Origin: Chryseobacterium indologenes
GTDB lineage: Bacteria > Bacteroidota > Bacteroidia > Flavobacteriales > Weeksellaceae
Length of the DNA stretch: 64,000 nt
Reading direction: 5' to 3'
NCBI GenBank assembly: GCA_002439165.1
Contig: DJTE01000011.1
Location: forward strand, 87,297-151,296
The translations under genes were made by a program, and so were the position numbers. Positions 63,500-64,000 of the stretch are shown here, one piece after another. Below the pieces are notes generated by a model, which was given only the letters and a program-made list of their open reading frames with translations, was not told where the DNA came from and ran no database searches. Numbering within the stretch: the stretch's first letter is position 1; the number at the start of each line of letters is the position of its first letter.

Positions 63500-64000
63500 A
63501 TGTTAGGAAGACGACAAATTCGTGAAAAAGTAGTGCAAACAGTGTATTCTTACTACCAGAATCCTGTAAAGTTTGATGTTTTAGAGAAAAATATGTTCTC
63601 AGGAATAGAGAAAATCTATTATCTATACATCTATCAGCTGAATTTTTTAGTGGCCCTGAAAGAACTGGCGGAAAACCAGATCGAGATCGGGAAAAACAAG
63701 TTCATTAAAACTGATGCTGATATTAATCCTAACCAGAAATTCATCAACAACCAGATCCTGATCAAACTGGAAGAAAACCCGGAAAGGTTATTTTTCACAG
63801 GCCAGCATAAACAGCTGAAATGGGATATGCACGATGATTTACTGGTAAAGACTTTCCAGAGAATTACAGCAGGAAAACGCTATCAGGATTTCATGAAAGA
63901 AGAAGGATATTCTTTTGAGGATGATCAGAAGTTCATCGGAAAACTTTTTTTAAGATACATTGCTGAAAATGATGATTTTCATGATTATCTGGGAGATAAG
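63500..64000 (+). CDS. nusB: transcription antitermination factor NusB (3' end beyond the window)
   Basis: Own translation from ATG 63500 gives MLGRRQIREKVVQTVYSYYQNPVKFDVLEKNMFSGIEKIYYLYIYQLNFL..., open to the window end (167 codons). NusB-like N-terminus (R...R.K..Q.LY). Confidence 0.7.
   Translation, partial: MLGRRQIREKVVQTVYSYYQNPVKFDVLEKNMFSGIEKIYYLYIYQLNFLVALKELAENQIEIGKNKFIKTDADINPNQKFINNQILIKLEENPERLFFTGQHKQLKWDMHDDLLVKTFQRITAGKRYQDFMKEEGYSFEDDQKFIGKLFLRYIAENDDFHDYLGDK

Overview
This 64-kb window looks like a chromosomal segment of a low-GC Bacteroidota genome, probably Flavobacteriia and Chryseobacterium-like. That assignment is an inference from four T9SS type-A C-terminal sorting domains, TAnnTTTG -7 promoter boxes, bshB1, and an exbB-exbD-exbD-tonB locus.

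Most of the window is ordinary housekeeping:
- 0-4.4 kb: glycosyltransferase/deacetylase (LPS or polysaccharide) cluster headed by rocD.
- 7.5-17.3 kb: DUF218 gene, accC, accB, rpmF, yceD-like gene, pdxA, ribE, an orphan histidine kinase, a tRNA methyltransferase, ftsE, rpmH (hand-found, below the ORF-track cutoff), and a DHH phosphoesterase.
- 17.7-24.9 kb: T9SS cargo genes, including two tandem 7-bladed propeller paralogues, plus a patatin, an alpha/beta hydrolase and an orphan exbD.
- 25-36 kb: dsbD-like gene, tilS, ompA-like gene, O-methyltransferase, NlpC/P60, waaA, and a second small LPS-modification cluster.
- 36.5-46.2 kb: leuS, exbB-exbD-exbD-tonB, a PstS-like protein, a TPR protein, and bshB1.
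- 46.2 kb: tRNA-His.
- 61.3-64 kb: PUR-like DUF3276 gene, an ABC exporter, and nusB (partial).

I found no rRNA, CRISPR array, transposase or integrase.

The accessory-looking part is 46.3-61.2 kb, directly downstream of tRNA-His. Gene cassettes there are punctuated by four copies of one hairpin element (AAAAGTACAC-loop-GTGTACTTTT).
- Best candidate for an undescribed system: the operon 52988-58492. It encodes a 144-aa protein plus a 1,680-aa cytoplasmic giant with a helical-repeat N-terminus and a DUF4132/MolR-YehI-like C-terminus.
- Second candidate: the module 58836-60905, bracketed by an imperfect direct repeat. It encodes an SPFH (YdjI-like)-SHOCT protein plus a membrane-anchored double zinc-ribbon (YdjG-like) protein.
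- Smaller accessory spot: 5.8-7.2 kb, with an orphan T6SS tube (TssD/Hcp-like) gene next to a short secreted YD-repeat protein.

All family assignments come from reading motifs by eye and from memory. None has been checked by a search.
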